Part shown: positions 1 through 12,179 of the stretch, piece after piece | Layout: each line of letters opens with the position of its first letter | Position numbering within the stretch: position 1 is the first letter of the stretch | Source of the DNA: Octopus sinensis | Taxonomy: Eukaryota | NCBI RefSeq assembly: GCF_006345805.1 | Contig: NC_043009.1 | Location: forward strand, 1,984,001-2,048,000 | Reading direction: 5' to 3' | Length of the DNA stretch: 64,000 nucleotides | Translations under genes and position numbers: made by a program | Notes under the pieces: generated by a model | What the model was told of the DNA's origin: nothing | Databases searched by the model: none | The model's input: the letters and a program-made list of their open reading frames with translations, nothing else

Positions 1-59
1 GTAATCTAGCGGTTCGGCAAAAGAGACCGATAGAATAAGTTCTAGTAAAAGAGTAAAAG
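1..59 (+). mobile_element. 3' end of tRNA-headed SINE family A
   Basis: gcggttcggcaaaagagaccgatagaataag followed by a (TAAAAGAG)n tail; matches the reverse complement of the family A copy at 9374-9835. Confidence 0.8.
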
Positions 60-212
60 ATATATATATATATTATATATATAATATATATATATATGTA
101 TATATATATTATATGTATACATATATATATTTATATATTTACATATATATATATTATATATACATATATATATATATATTATATATATACATATATATTA
201 TATATATACATA

Positions 213-254
<42 letters not shown>

Positions 255-305
255 CATATATATATATATTATATATACATATATTTATATATATTATATA
301 CATAC

Positions 306-343
<38 letters not shown>

Positions 344-411
344 ATATATACATATATATATAATATATATATAAATTATATACATATATATATATATTAT
401 TATTATATACA

Positions 412-442
<31 letters not shown>

Positions 443-530
443 TATATACATATACACGCACACACATATATATATGTGCGTGTGTATATATATATGTATG
501 CATTTCATATATATATATGCATACATACGT
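56..530. repeat. Degenerate (TA)n/(CA)n microsatellite
   Basis: Directly visible dinucleotide runs; source of the IY-rich spurious ORFs. Confidence 0.95.
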
Positions 531-770
531 GTAATAAAACGCACATTATGCAAACCCGCTTCATTTGATGCGTGTTACATTTTGGAACCTTCCAGATCTG
601 TTTCCCTTCTCAGCTATCATATCGATTTGAAAGAACCTGGTCATGAAGAAATGGCCGAAATATTTCTGGTCACATTGAGTCGCACTTTACCTTCTTCACT
701 TACACGAACGAGCACTCACACATTCGTAGCATCCCCCCCAACACATTTGGATATACACATACACCTACGT

Positions 771-839
<69 letters not shown>

Positions 840-910
840 CGCGTCTGTCTATGTTTGTGAGTATGCAAGTGTTCATGTTTCCGGGCGTGAATGATTGTTT
901 TGGTTTGTTA

Positions 911-1142
911 CATAATTATTGCGGCTTTTTTATCACGAAATTTTATTCTACAAAAACAATAACAATGTTTAACAAAACCCTCTTTAAATGACGGTCCGAC
1001 CGTCTGCCAAGCAAACGGGGAGTAGTAATTGAAGTAGATGGTGAATATGCTCCGGAATATTCATTTAAAGATGTTTTTGTTTCGTGTTGTTATTGTTTTT
1101 GTTGAATAATTTTTTTTTGTAAAAAAGCCTCAATATTTATGC
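911..1142. repeat. Imperfect inverted repeat, ~80-bp arms, ~70-bp spacer
   Basis: 911-991 pairs with 1061-1142: tattgcggctttttta with taaaaaagcctcaata, acaaaaacaataacaa with ttgttattgtttttgt (16/16), ctttaaatga with tcatttaaag. Confidence 0.8.
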
Positions 1143-1314
1143 AGCGACCCAATATTTCTGTTCAGGGAAAACATTTCATGAAATGCTTTTAAAAATACTT
1201 CAAGCTGCATAGCTTCTACAAAGTCACTCGACTCTCTAGAAAGAGTACTTAAATCCTCCTTGAAATCACTCCTACGGTCTTGAATATAGAAGGGTACAGT
1301 AGACAGAACACCCA
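1130..1314 (-). CDS. Candidate terminal coding exon (GVLSTVPFYIQDRRSDFKEDL...HKY*)
   Basis: Minus-strand acceptor gtctttctatatcag| then 60 open codons of protein-like composition. Phase 1 is compatible with the candidate exon at 1571-1608. No recognised homology. Confidence 0.25.
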
Positions 1315-1570
1315 CTGATATAGAAAGACAATTGCCTTTATGTTTGGAACGATTTCTTTTATGGGTTGACAATGAGAATCAAGTGTCTTGGCTATGAAAT
1401 TCGAAACAAAACATTGTTTGCGTTCAACAAACACTTTCCCTCCTTCAAACAGTATCTCGATTTCTTACCGACTTTTCTTTCTGCAGTTTTAACGCTAAAT
1501 GTAAATCTTCTTGTGTGGATAAAATGCTTGCTTCTCATGCACCGTATTTTCCATGTCAAATAATACTCAC

Positions 1571-1608
1571 ATTTGTTCTTAAAATGCCTCAAAAATTCAT
1601 CCCATGTC
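1571..1608 (-). CDS. Candidate 38-nt internal exon (TWDEFLRHFKNK)
   Basis: GTGAGT donor on the minus strand (actcac at 1565-1570); weak TAG acceptor at 1609-1611; phases 2 to 1 join the flanking candidate exons in frame. Confidence 0.2.
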
Positions 1609-1769
1609 CTATATGTTCAGTTGGGTCTCCCATAAACTTTTAGATGATCAAAAGATTAAAGGGTCAAAGGTCCTTCACGACTGATAGACTCATAAGGTCC
1701 GTTTTCTGGATTCTTTGGAATATATATTTCGCTCCATGACGGGACGCCGATTTGTGGCACAAGAACTCA

Positions 1770-2146
1770 TTTTTGCCATGTGATTGAACTAGAGCAACTT
1801 GAAATGAAATGTTTTATTCAAGAGTACGATGTATTGCCCGGTCTAGAAATCGAAACAACAATCTTACGATCATGGGTGCAACACCCTAACCACTGAGACC
1901 AGCAATCGCCCATGAATGCTCGCCTCCTCTCTCCACGCCTCCGATGTTATCCAAGGGAAAAGCAAAGAGGCCGATACAGCTTGGCATCAGTGACGTCGCA
2001 GATCATTTCTAGAGCTGAGAGAACTGGAGCAACGTGAAATGAAGTGTCTTGCTCAAAAACACAACAAACAGCGCGGGCCTGGAATTGAAATCACTACCTC
2101 ATGACAATGAGCCCGACGCCCTAGCCACTGAGCCATGCGGCTTCAC
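1770..2146 (-). mobile_element. Two tandem fragments of tRNA-headed SINE family F
   Basis: The minus strand reads catggctcagtggctagggcg (A box) ... atttcaattcc (degenerate B box) ... gtgtttttgagcaagacacttcatttcacgttgctccag. A related fragment lies at 1770-1900; other copies at ~15112-15240 (+), 26075-26265 (-) and 50475-50620 (+). Confidence 0.7.
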
Positions 2147-2150
2147 CGCG

Positions 2151-2392
2151 TTCAGATTACTCTGTCAAATGTAATGCTTTTTTATCCACATTGTTTTGAA
2201 TTAACCATGCATTATCTCACAGCTCCGAAAGTTTGATGATCTGATCGTTTGTTTTTAAAATAATGTTGAAGGGCAGGAGTGAAAGGCCAGATGTTGCCAG
2301 TTTGGGCACAAAACAGGCAGAATAATTGGGCCAGATATGGCTGATTTCAATGCTAAGGGGGTTAACCATTTAGCATTTAAACTGGCCAAACA
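2151..2392. mobile_element. TTAA-terminated MITE (piggyBac-like terminus) abutting the end of a second copy
   Basis: aatgctaagggg-TTAA-ccatttagcatt (2349-2377) is two inverted termini sharing one TTAA; GG/CC-TTAA ends are typical of piggyBac-derived MITEs. Confidence 0.45.
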
Positions 2393-4183
2393 TTTTTCCA
2401 TGAATATACGCTGCTGGAATTAGGAAGCGTCTAATATACCCATGATTCTTTTGTGCCTCCAGTGTACCATTTTGAGGTATGTTGTATTACTACCTTCTAC
2501 CATAGTCTCCAGTAGACCAAAGTCTTATAAGATTTTAACGGCCGCTAGGAGTGAAGTTTGATGGAGGTAAAACTTTTTCAAAGCTCGATAGACAATTCGT
2601 TTCATTTCCTGCGTAGTAGACTTAATCCGTCATCCAATTTAACACCACAACGTGGACTTTGGATATACTTTGCGGTGTCCATTCCGTTTAAACACTTGCG
2701 CCAGATCTCCGATTTAAAGTTAACTTCCTCTGTTTTGCTCACAAATCATGGAACCCTCGTAAAAGATCATGAAATCTGCCCTACCTAGTCTGACTAAGTC
2801 ATTAAAAATAATCACCAATTGTGCTTTCGTTTATGTAGCTTTATATTAGCTGTGTATTATGACGCAATACGAGAAACGCATGACTTACTTCCTTCACTAA
2901 TAATCATCGGTGAATGCAGAGCGGAAATATATGTAATATTGTCAGTTTCATGGAAGCTAATCATGTCCTTAATTTACCCGATACACTCCATGTTTAAAAC
3001 GTAGAAACCGATTTATCGAACGTTCTACGTGACTGGTGACTCTATTTGTGCATTATCCGGCAGGACTAAATTTTCGTCAGTAAAACTGTCTAAAACCCTG
3101 AACCAACCTCTGTACTCCACTCTCTTAACTATTCACCCCAGACTTTCAAAACAACAAAATAAACAAAGAAATCAAGAAGTAAAACGAATAAAGACTCGAA
3201 AGAAACGAAAAGAAAGATAGAAAGAAAACAGGAAGTGAAGAAAGAAAAGTAAGAACAAAGACACATTTTAACTATTAGTCACTGAAATTAATAAGTTCGC
3301 TTTAATCATGTGATAGTTTAATTTGCTCCAGGCAGATACTTGCTTAATTATAGCCAAACTTATAGCTCTCTGAAGGCTTGTATTGATTTTCGTTTTCCTT
3401 TTTACTCTTTCTTTCCACTCTAGCGCAAGCTAAACAGTGTTACATAATTCTGACTACACCTGATCAGCTATAAATTTCATTCATTTAAGCAAACTTCTGC
3501 TAGAATGATTATCAAGCAACCACCGCTATTTCCTTTTCTTTTCAGATCTCGGTCTTGATCAATATGGATAATCCATCCTTTTCATTGCATCGAATGGTCA
3601 AGTTAATTGCCATAATAATTTCCCGGTCCATCTTTGGTGGCAAGTTTGCCTTCAGATCAAGCATTGAAACAAAAAGAAAAAGAAAAGAAAAGAATAAAAG
3701 AAAAAAAAAGAAGAGAAGAAGAAAAACAATGCATGAATGAAACTTGGCCAATGAATGACTGAATGAATGAAAGGTCGTTGCTTCGTCCATTTAATACCAC
3801 GTGATATTTCTTACACTCTATCTACTCCATTATATTTCAATTCATCTCTTTTCTTAAAGATTCACATAACAATTCTTTCATTCTATGACCCATACAACAC
3901 AAGAAACAAAAAATTAAAAATAAAATACAACAGTAAAAGACGAAACTACATCCAAACAAAAAGAAATAATGACAATAGAGATACAAAAAAAAACAACCAC
4001 AACAACAGCTAAAATAAAAACTGTAATCCCAGTATTAAGTTCTCAAATACGTTTCATTAATTTGTAGCATCCATCTTTTAGCGATGGCGATCCACAAATA
4101 AGTAGTCTATAAATAAATCGCCAGCGTACAAGCTAAATGTCTACGAACTCTGTCAAGTTCCGATACAATATTTAGTGATGAGG

Positions 4184-4420
4184 AAGGCGGCGAGCTGGCG
4201 GAAACGTTAGCATGCCGGGCGAAATGAGTAGCGGTATTTCGTCTGCCGTTACGTTCTGAGTTCAAATTCCGCCGAGGCCGACTTGCATTTCATCCTTTCG
4301 GGGTCGATAAATTAAGTACCAGCTCCGCACTGGGGTCGATATAATCGACTTAATCCATTTGTCTGTCCTTGTTTGTCCCCTCTGTGTTTAGCCTCTTGTG
4401 GGCAGTAAAAAAATAGGTAT
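4184..4420 (+). mobile_element. tRNA-headed SINE family B, near full length
   Basis: ggcggcgagctggcggaaacgttag (A-box-like), gagttcaaattcc (B box, 4258-4270), body catcctttcggggtcgataaattaagtaccag; more than 20 related copies in the window. Confidence 0.85.
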
Positions 4421-4469
4421 TTCCTCTGTCGTTACTTTCTGACTTCAAATTCCACAGAGATGTAGATGT

Positions 4470-4790
4470 TATTCTTTTTCTCATCATCATGATCATCATA
4501 ATGCTGATGGTGACAATGATGGTGAACATGAGGATGGTAACGATGATGATGATTATGACGATGATGATATACATCGTGGTCATCGTGTCAATGTCATTGT
4601 CATCGTCGTTGTCATCTCCATCATCATCATTACTCTCAATATCATCGTCCTGATCATCATCACCGTCATCATCCTTATCCTCTCCATGGTCATCTGTTGT
4701 CGTCGTTATTGCCGTCGTTGTTATCGTCGTCGTCGTCGTCATCATCATCATCACCTCATCATCGCATTGACTTCATCGTTGTCACCTTCT
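4470..4790. repeat. (ATC/GTC)n trinucleotide low-complexity tract
   Basis: Degenerate atc/gtc/tca repeats; source of the D/M/I-rich ORF 4350-4754. Confidence 0.85.
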
Positions 4791-5445
4791 TACTCCAACT
4801 CGTCATCGTAGATTCATTATAAATCTAAAGAGAGTAAACATCAACTAACCCCCAACCTTTACCTCGGTCAACCTGCCCGTGCCCACCTGCTCTGCAAATT
4901 AGCTGGGAAAACCATCGACCTTTTTTTCGATCACAAGTTTCCTTTCCACCACCCTACGCTTCCAGCAAATAGTCTCAACCGTCACGAGCCAACACATCCT
5001 CCTCCTCTTCCATCCCTCTCATCTTCTTCTTCTTCTTTCTCCTCTTCGGCCTCCTCCACTTTTCGTCCTTCTCCTCTTCCTCCTGCCCCTTCCGTCTTTC
5101 AACTCCTTATTCCTCTCTCTCCTCCATCCCTTCCTTCCTTCCTCCTTCCTTCCTTCCTTCCTTCCCCTTTCTTCCTCCTTCTCCTCCCTCCTGCCCCTCC
5201 CTTCTGCCTCCTGCTTGCACTCCTCCTCCCCTTCCTCCTCGATCAACAGTTCTCATACTTTCTTGATTAAACGACACAAAACACATCTTCTGCATCTCCT
5301 GAACTCCTTTTTTTCAAATTCCTTCTCGATTCCCCTTCATTGTAGACATCAAATCTCCCTACACTCTCATTCTTCTCCTCATAACGCTCCGAAACACTTT
5401 CATAATCACATGGGCACCACTCGCAAACCTAATACCTCCACTCAC

Positions 5446-5553
5446 TTTCGCTTTTCTGAACTCGGCGCCATCTTCAACTACTTCTCATTTACGGTGAGAT
5501 TTATCATCAACACGCCACTGGGGACGCATCCTCCATAATCCAAAGATAATTTC
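5446..5553 (-). CDS. Candidate 108-nt exon, probably carrying a start codon (MAPSSEKRK...) at 5471
   Basis: Minus-strand acceptor gtggttctgttgcag|, donor AA|GTGAGT, ATG in good context (gaagATGG). Stops occur in all three frames upstream of the ATG, consistent with 5' UTR. Locally CpG-richer DNA. Confidence 0.4.
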
Positions 5554-6822
5554 CTGCAACAGAACCACACCACTAATAATTGTCTCGTTTGCTTAATGAT
5601 ATCCACATTGATCCCACATAATTGTTGTCTATGTATCTAATCACTTTGTGACCATAATTCGAGACATTTTGTGCTGTGTCTGTGCAATTTCTTTTATAAA
5701 ATTCCTTAATGTTGATACAGTTGTTGCTATATAAAACTTCTAACTTGTCTATATATCTCCTTTAGTTTGGCCGAGGCAAGAAACCTACATACAATACAAT
5801 ACAAATGATAGTTTGATCATACCGTTTGTCATAAATATATCTCTGTTGGCTTTTGGGTGATGCATTCATGTTTACTATTTATTGGTTCCATCCGATGGGA
5901 TATCGCCATTCAGGGACAGTCGTTATGTTCCTTGTTTTTCAATGTAGTCTTGCTAATTCACTTAGCATCCAATTGAGAATATTATAACCATAATATATTA
6001 CTTGCTCTGCTCAATTATTAATGACTATTTCTTTAATTTTGACATTTAACTCAGCTTTAATAATATTCTAATGTTTCTGTAACGTTCAGTTTTAAACTTT
6101 TCTTGCATTAAGTCTGCTTTATTCGGTTTAGTTTCTTAACTAATTGGAAATCTGTCTTTTGTCTAATTCCCTTATCTGTGTTTTCTTTATGTAAAATGAT
6201 ATTCGTGTTGCTCGTTAATTTTCTTCCCAAATTTGTCTTCGAATATTTTTCAATTCAAAACTCTGGGATAACTTTTCGATTGAATACAAACCACGTGTAA
6301 CGAGGTTTCGAATTTTATGTTATCTGTAGCATAGGATTCGTGGGTATTTCCGAAAAGGACATCATTTACTTTTAGAATTAGTATTTCTATTAAAACATCT
6401 CGTATATTATAGACATACAGTTGTTGGCTTTTCAATTTGTGGTTTTGATGTTTAGTCAGTCATATATTGCTTTCCTTGGTGGTTCGTTCTGGTAATTATT
6501 TTAATTCCGTTCATTCGAATTTGACTTTCAACATTTCGGGGTCGATAAAATAAGTACCAGGGTGCAACATATTCCACTTACTCTCTCTAACGAAATTGCC
6601 AGCCATATACCAAAATTTGAAACCAACATTATATATATATATATATGAACCTACCTCACGGCAGAGTTGCAAATGAGGGCAGCTACATCAAACTCCATTC
6701 TTCACCAAGTGCCACATACTGGAGGAGGCTCTTAGTAATAACAGAGTAGCACAAAACGGTGGTGCACCAGCATGGCCGCAGATCTGAGCTGAAACTGCAG
6801 AGAAAATATATATTCTTTGATC

Positions 6823-7224
6823 CTTTTGTTTCAATCATTTGACTGGGGCCATACTGGAGCACCACCTTGAAGGATTTTAGTCCAACAAATCGATACCAGG
6901 ACTTATTATTTAAGCCTAGTACTTATTCTATCGGTCACTTTTGCAGAAACGCTAAGTTACGGGAACGTAAACACACCAACACCAGTTATCAAGAAGTGAT
7001 TGAGATGGGAGATAAATACTGACACACAAATACGCCGACAAGAACACACACACACACACATGAATACACACACACACATGAATACATACACACACATGAA
7101 TACATACACACAGGCACACATATATGACGGGCTTCTTTTTGCTTCCGTCTACCAAAGATTTGGTCGCCCGAAGCTATTGTAGAAGACTTGCTCAAGGTTC
7201 CACGCAGTGCGATTGAACCCGGAA
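6823..7224 (-). mobile_element. SINE family A, diverged copy
   Basis: Colinear with 9374-9835, including the internal CA microsatellite. Confidence 0.8.
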
Positions 7225-7225
7225 T

Positions 7226-7257
<32 letters not shown>

Positions 7258-7354
7258 TGGTAAAAACGGTAAGATAACAAAAGAAAGAAAGAGACCTCAA
7301 TATTATGTAAATAGAGGAAATTTATCTGTAAAATAATATGTGACAGTTATTCTG

Positions 7355-7429
7355 TAGCCAGGATAAAACTCTGAATTTCGGATGCCGAGGTGGAAATCCA
7401 CAACACCATCTCTTCGGTTATCTGGCCAT
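7355..7429 (-). ncRNA. Type I hammerhead ribozyme motif (U4C core variant)
   Basis: Minus strand: atggccagataa-CCGAAGA-gatg..gtgg(attt)ccac..catc-c-GAAA-ttc(a)gag-UU-ttatcctggcta. Stem I ~11 bp with one bulge, stem III with a 1-nt loop, GUU cleavage triplet. Confidence 0.6.
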
Positions 7430-7446
7430 CACACACCCACACACAC

Positions 7447-7498
<52 letters not shown>

Positions 7499-7503
7499 TA
7501 AAT

Positions 7504-7579
7504 ATGGCCAGATAACCGAAGAGCTGGTGTTGTGGATTTCTACCTCGGCATCTGAAACTCAGAGTTTTATCTTGGCTAT
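7504..7579 (+). ncRNA. Type I hammerhead ribozyme motif (U4C core variant), inverted partner of 7355-7429
   Basis: atggccagataa CCGAAGA(7516-7522) ... GAAA(7554-7557) ctc-a-gag TT ttatcttggctat; predicted cleavage after T7566; stem II carries mismatches. Confidence 0.55.
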
Positions 7580-7849
7580 TGAATAACTGTCACATATTAT
7601 TTTACAGATATATATATATATAAATTTTGTTTTTAGATTTGGTTTGCAAGGTTCTTTGCGTGAGTTCGTATGTTGAAGCATATTCCTGTTGTGTCTGGGG
7701 AGAGTTATTTTCTTTTTGTGGCTTATGATTTAACACTCACCGGTGAAATTTCCCCTTATTTGTTATTTTTATTTTCCTAAAATTTTCGTTGCGTCCTGCA
7801 ACCTTTTTAATACACACACACACACGCACATATATATATATATATAGGT

Positions 7850-9030
7850 AAAGCATTTCTTCGCAGCACTTTATGAGTAGCTGTTATATTTTCTCACCCA
7901 GTAGTTTGCAGCGTTGTATTTTCTGCTCGATCTTTTCTCCAGTTGTTGATCTTTTCCAATTTTGTTCTACAATTGCATCTGTAACTACCTACATTTCTAG
8001 AACAATTGTAGGATTTCTCACAAATAGCAGTTCATCCTTCCGCGATATTATCCTCCATTAACATCATTCATTCTCTTCGCTCTTGGCACTAAATTCCTTT
8101 CTAATTTACGTTTATCTAATTAATGGTAAAACCAATTTTGGGGTGGGGATGAACTGTTTGTTTTAATTCATTAGTACTTTGTGAAGATCTTTTGTATGAA
8201 GCAGTTCCTGATTTCGGGGATTCTTCTGTTCTGTGTTGTTTTTCAATAGTATTATGGATCTTTATTTTATGTGTAGTTTCTTTGTGGATTTCATTAAGGA
8301 TTGTGGTACCTTTTGTTCCATTCTCATTTTCTTTATGTTATCCAAATCGGTTCTTAAAGTTATATGTTTCTATCAGAACTTTTGGAAAAGCAACCCCTTT
8401 CTCTGAAGACTACTTCGAGCTGCTGAAAATATTAGTTGATTTGTCTTAGAGATATTGATGCCTGCATCTGTTTTTAGGATTTCTAAAAGGGTTCAGTTTT
8501 TAGTTTCGCTGTTGCTATGTTATTTTTAGGTTTTATCTGAGGGAGAATCTTTCGTCGGTCCATATGAAAGTATTTTATCGATTTTAACTCTTAAAGTTCT
8601 TTTTTTCGTTTTAAGCACATTGCTATATTCATAATTTCCAGATTTAGATTTTTCTACTCTTAAATATTCCTCACATTCATCTATGTCTAAATCTACGTTG
8701 GTTTCGTTCATAGTCAGTTACTGGCAGCCAATATTCTTGTATGTGTGTTTGCCGTTTGCTTTTACTGAGCTTTATTTTTGTCTTTGGGTTCTTTTACTGG
8801 TCAGCCATTCGTCTTGTGTAGCTAAAATCAGACCATGCGTTCCTACCTTCAACGTAGATCTTTTTTTTTTTTTACTCCATATTGCACCATATCGTCTCTC
8901 TTTGCTGATCACTGATTACAAACAAGTTAGTTTTCGTCTCCATTGTTTTCTTCAGCAATCCCATTTTGCTGATATCGTCACTTATAATTCGGCTAATTTT
9001 ATTTTAATTTTCAGTTTTTTTACTTAGTAT
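7850..9030 (-). mobile_element. Highly decayed Penelope-like element fragment
   Basis: Strand-biased coding-like sequence with stops; the minus strand contains QFIPTPK, resembling the PLE GLNFxPTP motif. Flanked by HHR-bearing terminal-repeat pieces (7623-7808, 9030-9230). Confidence 0.35.
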
Positions 9031-9181
9031 AATAAACAGTTGGCGTTTAATATTTTCTAACACAGAGAAAACATTTGAAATGCTTGCGAATTTATTGCCT
9101 TATATAAATTAGTCAACCGATTCTTAATTCTAGTTACTTTGTATCACTCCTTTATTGAATCGAAGTAAGCAAAAGTAAACA

Positions 9182-9223
9182 ATAGTGTCTTACAGCTGTT
9201 TCTGGGTATCCCAGAAACACTAT
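9182..9223 (-). ncRNA. Hammerhead relic with most of the CUGAnGA core deleted
   Basis: Minus strand: atagtgttt-CTG-ggataccca-GAAA-CAGCTG-TA-agacactat. 9-bp stem I, palindromic stem III ACAGCTGT, GUA triplet, but no AnGA. Confidence 0.45.
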
Positions 9224-9335
9224 TATTAAGACAGAATTATTTACTCTTGCATACTTCAATTCACCATTGAAATAATTTAAATGATCTGATAAGCTTGTTC
9301 TGTCTTGCTTTTTTGTGTTCCTCCTCTTTTAATTG

Positions 9336-9370
<35 letters not shown>

Positions 9371-9373
9371 CTC

Positions 9374-9574
9374 TCTTTTACTCTTTTACTTGTCTCAGTC
9401 ATATGACTGTGTCCATGCTGGAACACCACATTTAGTCGAAGAAATCGACCCCATGGCGTATTCTTTGTAAGCCTAGTGCTTATTGTATCGGTCTCAATTG
9501 CCGAACCAGCATCGGTTGTCAAGCGATGTTGGGGGACAGACACAGACACATAAACATATACACACAGATACAGA

Positions 9575-9669
<95 letters not shown>

Positions 9670-9835
9670 ATATATACATATACGACGGGCTTCTTTCAGT
9701 TTCCGTCTACCAAATTCACTGACAAAGTTTTGGTCATCCCGAGGCTATAGTAGAAGACACTTGCCCAAGGTGCCACGGAGTGGGACTGAACCCGGAACCA
9801 TGTGGTTGGTAAGCAAGCTACTTACCACACAGCCA
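9374..9835 (-). mobile_element. SINE family A, full length reference copy
   Basis: Minus-strand head TGGCTGTGTGGTAA (A box, 9822-9835), GGTTCAGTCCC (B-box-like, 9782-9792), internal TA/TC/CA microsatellite, (TAAAAGAG)n tail. Confidence 0.9.
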
Positions 9836-9859
9836 ATAACTTAGTTTTAAGTGTAAATA

Positions 9860-11830
9860 AGAATCCATCTCTTGACATCACTTCTTTACTTCTAAGATAT
9901 AAATATGTCCCAGGTTTAACAGCCTATCCATTGACATTTAGAACATTTATGCTTTCGGTTAATACATTGTTGGATTGCAATGCTGGAAGAGTTTTGGTGG
10001 GGAATATGCCGCATTTTTTGACTTATAAATGCGTTTTGTATATTACATTTAATAAAAATTGACGATGTTATCGATTCTAATTATCTTCTAGTGGAGTAGG
10101 GTATACTATTGATAGGTATAATTCTCCCGAGTTATGCTGGTTCATACTAGCTATTTTGCTTCTCCCTCATTCCTTTTCCAGACTATACTGGACATACTAG
10201 GTATTTTGTCACCATATCGGCCACTAATATATATGAGTTTCTTCTCTCATACACGCCATATTGATCTGTTTTTCGTATTTATGTGAAGTTATAAAGCTGT
10301 GATATATTTTCGAATACGTAACCCCAAAACAGGAAGCTCTGACGTATTTCAAAGCGTCATATCAGAATGTCTTTGCTAGAAACAGTCATTTTATTATTTC
10401 TATTCTAGATCACTCTCCTTTCTTTTCTCCTTTATCCTCTTCATATTCATTCGTTTTCTTTTTTCTTCACCCTTTTCTCCTTAGACTCAACCGTTGGTGT
10501 TTCAACGAAGAAGAAGATGGTTTCTTCATAGGATTATAAATTTTCTGATTGTGTGTGTGTGTGTGTTTTTTTACGATTGCGGATTTTGACTGGTGTATTT
10601 CTCTCTACAACTTTTCATGGAGATGAATGTAAGAAATAGTTTTATAAGGTTTCACCCACTTTCCTTGCAGTCTGACATAACCATTCAGTAAATTAGGTTA
10701 TTTAACGTAAAGATATTTGTGTTACCTTCAGCGAAACAATAACGTTTAGAGGTCCTGGTTGAATTCATGTATTACTTCGCGGAAATGTTTGCTTTATTCG
10801 TAGCTACGGGAGATATTTCTGTTGATCCCTATTCATTGAAATTGTATGGTCAGTTATTCGCCATTTTGTTTAATATTCCTGTTTGATTTTTTATCATTAT
10901 TTTCCCAATATATTTTATCGTCTTTGTGGTATTTTTCTACTTTATTATTTTTTTATCCGTGATACTGAAAGTGTATTTTTAGTTGTGGCTGTTTTCGAAT
11001 AATTGCTTTGTGTGGTCATCATCCTCGTTTTGAATTTGTTTCTATTTACTATTTTCTCTCTGTCTGTTTTTGGTTTGTTGAGATAAGTTGTTCTTTTCAT
11101 GTGTGGACGAATCTTTTGTATTATATTTTTTTGTGAGTATTGTATTGCAAAGCTCATGTGTTTATTGTTTGATGGGTTCTGTTGTTCTGTTTCTTTGCTT
11201 TATGGTTTATGGAGGTCTTATCTTTTACTGAGTTTGTCCTTTTTGTTTTATTTTCAGTGTGTATGCTTTGTGTGAGGCATTCTATAACGCTTTCTGAGAT
11301 CTTTTTATTGATTATAAATCTACGTATATTCACATAAGCTATCTGAATTTAGATGTGTTCTTCAACTCTCTTTGTTCTTCTCCAGATCCCGTGGTGATAG
11401 TGTGTATTGAGTATCATATAAATGCGTTGTAAAAAGTATAAAACTTCTAAATGATGTTGTTTGGTCCATCGTTCTCTTGTAGTATTAACTAAATTTTGAT
11501 GAACGCAGGCACCAGAAAGCAGGAGTTTAGCTGAGTGTTAAAAAGTTGATGCTTTGAAAAGGTACCACTTCTGACGATCGGGGGAATAGGTTTCGTAACG
11601 TGATGACGTTAAACTTACCCTATACCTTTCCTTTTAAACCCTTGGCTTGTAAGTCCTGTTCGATCTGTGTCTATTGCTGATCATGGATGATGTATTACAC
11701 AGCTTTGGATCTTGTCGTTGTTTAACATCAGGTAAAACATAATAGAGCAGACCTATGTTGATTAATATACCCTATAATTGTTGTATACTCATCAACAATT
11801 TACCTCTTTTGTTCAAGAGACTACGGTCTG
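9860..11830 (-). pseudogene. Decayed Penelope-like RT and GIY-YIG endonuclease fragments
   Basis: Minus-strand remnants: KPIPPIVRSG...LVPAFIK (resembles PLE RT PLRPIVS...IPSYIKD), NIIQKIRPHMK (linker), TLNNLIY*MVMSDCK (resembles GIY-YIG xNLIYxIxCxxC). Many stops; fragment order is not fully colinear. Confidence 0.45.
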
Positions 11831-12179
11831 ATGTGAAGGCAATTTAATTGTCTTTTGCAAGCAGAAGAACCTCAACAAAGCCGTCGTTTCACGAGCGTTG
11901 AATATATTTTGATTCACATCGATTTCTTTCTTTCTTCTTTAAACACTCTTTTACTTGTTTCAGTCATTTCACTGTGGCCATGCTGGAGCACCGCCTTTAG
12001 TCGAGGAAATCGGCCCCATGACTTATTCTTTGTAAGCCTAATGCAACAGAGATGAGGCGGGGCCAGAACCACTCGGAGACATTTTAACTAGTTCAATGCA
12101 TTCTTGTTCTGGATTCAACTGAAAACAGAGATGTCAGTTCCGATCAAACCAAATGCGGATCGATCCAGTTAATTCTTCT

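Noticed and set aside
96-860. IY/HT/CV-rich ORFs here and at many other positions (14.5, 19, 22, 25, 28, 44, 51-55, 57-59 kb)
   Set aside because: They are translations of (TA)n, (CA)n and (TATC)n microsatellites, which lack stop codons by composition.
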